From the NCBI GenBank assembly GCA_043228905.1, contig JBHGNT010000013.1:5952001-6016000 (forward strand): a stretch of 64,000 nucleotides of DNA, in the 5' to 3' direction. Positions 62,176 to 64,000 of this stretch are shown in pieces. Numbering within the stretch: position 1 is the stretch's first letter; every line of letters starts with the position of its first letter. This stretch comes from Azolla caroliniana (Eukaryota; Plantae; Polypodiophyta). The position numbers were made by a program, and so were the translations under genes. Below the pieces are notes generated by a model. It worked only from the letters and a program-made list of their open reading frames with translations. It did not search any database and was not told where the DNA came from.

Positions 62176-64000
62176 TCAGCTCATCTCTTCCTTCCATGGT
62201 AGCATTGTCCATGTCGCAATTGCGGTTTTTGTCGGCATTACCGGTGCTTGTCCAGTCATAAGTTCTGCCGGCATATAACCGCTTACGGAGCTATGCGTTG
62301 TCTGATCCGCCCATAGTGCATACGGGAGCATCTGCGGCCAGTCCATCACCCTTTCGTCGCATGCTTTGGCAAGTGTTTTGACAATCGGACTATGTCCTCG
62401 CTCGACCTTCCCGTTGGCTTCCGGATTGTATGCCATTGTTAGTGTTAACCAAACTCCATGTTTGGCGAAGAATCTCCTAGCTTTATCATAGTCAAGTTCT
62501 CCCCAATCCGCAACCACTTGTCCTACGAACCCGTACTTGCAAAACACTTCTTCCAAAAGAAATTGACATACCGCAGAACACGTTTTTCTTCGTAGCGCCC
62601 GACCTTCTACTTGATTTGTGAGATCTTCCCGAGCTAACACCAGGTACTTCTTTTGTCCAATCCCGGTTGGCATGGCTACAATATCAACCATCCATTTGAA
62701 GTTGATTGTTGGTGAGAATGTCGGATGTAACTCATCTCGGTGTCGAACTCCGGAGTAGATTTGACACTTCTCGCAGCTTTCTGTGAACTCCGCTATATCA
62801 TTGTACATGTTCTTCCACCAATATTTTTGTTTGATTTTCACAAAAGTTGCCCATGTTCCTCGATGTCCAGCCCAATCAGATTCGTGAAATTTGGACATTA
62901 TCCGGTTTCGTTGCTCTTTTGTCCCGACTACTCGAAGTGGTATGCCACCCGGTCTTTTCGGCTCCCTCCATAAAAATCCATTTTTGAAGAAGAACTTTCG
63001 GACTTGCCGTTTCTTACTTCGGATCTCGGCTCTCTTCTCTTTATTGTCCGATGATTCCTCGATTTCTCATAGCATTTTCCCGATCAACAAGCTTTGCTTT
63101 CTCCCTCGTATTCTTCTTCCCGGAATTCTTGGATTACGTCCACCCCGCATATGTGCTCCGAAGCAAAGTAGTCTTCGGAAACTTCTTCATTATCGGATTC
63201 GGTTATGTCATCTCCGAACCGCGCCCTTGATAGCATATCCGCTACAACGTTATCTTTTCCAGAGATGTGTCTTACCTCCGGATTAAGTGACTTAACATAT
63301 GCAATCCACCTTAGCATAGCCACATCCGGTATAGTACAACACCGCATCATCCCGAGTATCGGAAGACAATCCGTTTCGATCACTACTTCGGCTCCGATCA
63401 AATAATCTCGATCCAATTTGATTGCCGACATGACTCCCCATAATTCTCTTTGGACTTGCGCATACCCGTGTTGCCTTTCGTTGAGAACCTTTGCTCCGAA
63501 TCGGATCGGATATCGCGAACCATCCGAGTCGATTTGATTGATGACCCATCCGAGTACAACACCGCATCATCCCGAGTATCGGAAGACAATCCGTTTCGAT
63601 CACTACTTCGGCTCTGATCAAATAATCTCGATCCAATTTGATTGCCGACATGACTCCCCATAATTCTCTTTGGACTTGCGCATACCCGTGTTGCCTTTCG
63701 TTGAGAACCTTTGCTCCGAATCGGATCGGATATCGCGAACCATCCGAGTCGATTTGATTGATGACCCATCCGATTCCGGTTGGACTTGTATCAACGGTTA
63801 CTATAACCGGTCGTTCATAGTTCGGCTTCTTTAGAGCTTCAGCCCTCTGCAGTGTTTTCTTGAGCTTCCTCATGGCTTCGGTGTGTTCCGGTTTCCATTC
63901 CAACTTCTTCCTCTTCCGCAACAAGTGATAGAGCGGGTCCGGAATATGTGCGTAGTGAGGAATCCATATGTGATAGAATGCACATGCTCCAAGAAACCTT
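62176..64000 (-). pseudogene. pol: Ylt1/Phygy-like gypsy pol (RT end, RNase H, integrase)
   Basis: VTVDTSPTGIGW...VIETDCLPILGMM; HESDWAGHRG...CEKCQ...KWMVDIVAMP...AREDLTNQVEGRAL...AYNPEANGKVERGH. Confidence 0.88.
63333..63772. repeat. 220-bp direct tandem duplication within RNase H
   Basis: 63333-63552 vs 63553-63772, one mismatch seen; causes a frameshift. Confidence 0.95.

Overview
Gene-poor, heterochromatin-like plant DNA made almost entirely of nested LTR retrotransposons. The mix of Tcn1-like chromoviruses, Ylt1/Phygy-like gypsy, non-chromoviral gypsy and Tork-like copia points to a moss such as Physcomitrium; this is inference. All calls come from reading and translating by hand, with no database search. 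The window holds one apparently intact copia 5' half (ORF open from 2141 off the left edge), several decayed gypsy and copia elements, three solo-LTR-like segments and a hAT-type MITE with an 8-bp TSD. The only host-gene-like sequence is an orphan Bet v1/MLP-like exon. Main signals: (1) antisense tRNA-like Pol III A/B-box cassettes, at tRNA spacing, in the U3 end of several different gypsy LTR families; (2) covarying Tf1-style self-priming PBS/5'-end pairs in two chromovirus families; (3) a gypsy element with a second aspartic-protease domain after integrase plus a further 3' ORF; (4) a conserved accessory ORF after integrase shared by two diverged gypsy elements; (5) a copia with an in-frame ~200-aa tail after RNase H; (6) a TSD-flanked chimera with one LTR plus a 21-bp LTR tip.
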